A stretch of 14,429 nt of DNA from Polyangiaceae bacterium (GTDB lineage Bacteria; Myxococcota_A; Polyangia; Polyangiales; Polyangiaceae). The translations under genes and the position numbers were made by a program. Below are positions 14,323 through 14,429 of this stretch, piece by piece. The DNA is taken from NCBI GenBank assembly GCA_044376115.1, contig JBILLK010000056.1, positions 1-14,429 of the forward strand, in the 5' to 3' direction. The stretch's first letter is position 1; every line of letters begins with the position of its first letter. The notes under the pieces were generated by a model, which was not told where the DNA came from, searched no databases, and saw only the letters and a list, made by a program, of their open reading frames with translations.

Positions 14323-14429
14323 TTGCGATTGGCATGACGTCAAAACCTGGGGTGAAAGTCCCCTGAGAAAGGAGCACCGAGAACCTCAATCCGAAGACAA
14401 GGGTATCCCTGCGAGGGGAGCCGAGTGGA
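14323..14429 (+). mobile_element. 5' end (domain I) of a group II intron, class C-like; truncated by the window edge
   Basis: TTGCG-ATT-GGCATG...GGGGTGAAAGTCCCC...CAAGGGTATCC...GGA is colinear with the IIC 5' pattern as I recall it (GTGCGnnnGGCATG...GGGTGAAAGTCCC...CAAGGGTGTCC...GGA). It lies just after a stem-loop. The RT ORF and domains V/VI are not in the window. Confidence 0.75.

Noticed and set aside
1..14429. CRISPR array, tRNA or rRNA genes
   Set aside because: No regularly spaced repeats or recognisable structural RNA genes were seen.

Overview
GC-rich window whose gene content suggests a myxobacterium (probably Polyangiales; inference). At its centre is a divergent locus. The leftward operon reads: small protein with a nonsense codon, VgrG, degenerate ABC/AAA ATPase, small acidic protein, FliA-like sigma-70 factor, PAAR-papain-like (C39-type) peptidase, lipoprotein (putative immunity). 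The rightward genes are a PAAR-M35 metalloprotease, then a coupled run of Ser/Thr kinase, kinase with two FHA domains, Pro/Thr-rich membrane protein, TPR/PEGA-like protein and Gly-rich PGRS-like lipoprotein. Several signals are not in the ORF track: (i) a bipartite motif TGAGCAS-N15-GTGATTTAS in three exact-spacing copies plus one degenerate copy, all intergenic and upstream of start codons, a candidate promoter for the resident sigma factor; (ii) a 93-bp palindromic element inserted in frame in the PAAR-peptidase gene; (iii) the 3' end of an IS256-family element at the left edge, apparently clipping a DUF5713 gene; (iv) the 5' end of a group IIC-like intron just after a hairpin at the right edge. 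All family calls come from motif recognition by eye; no searches were run.
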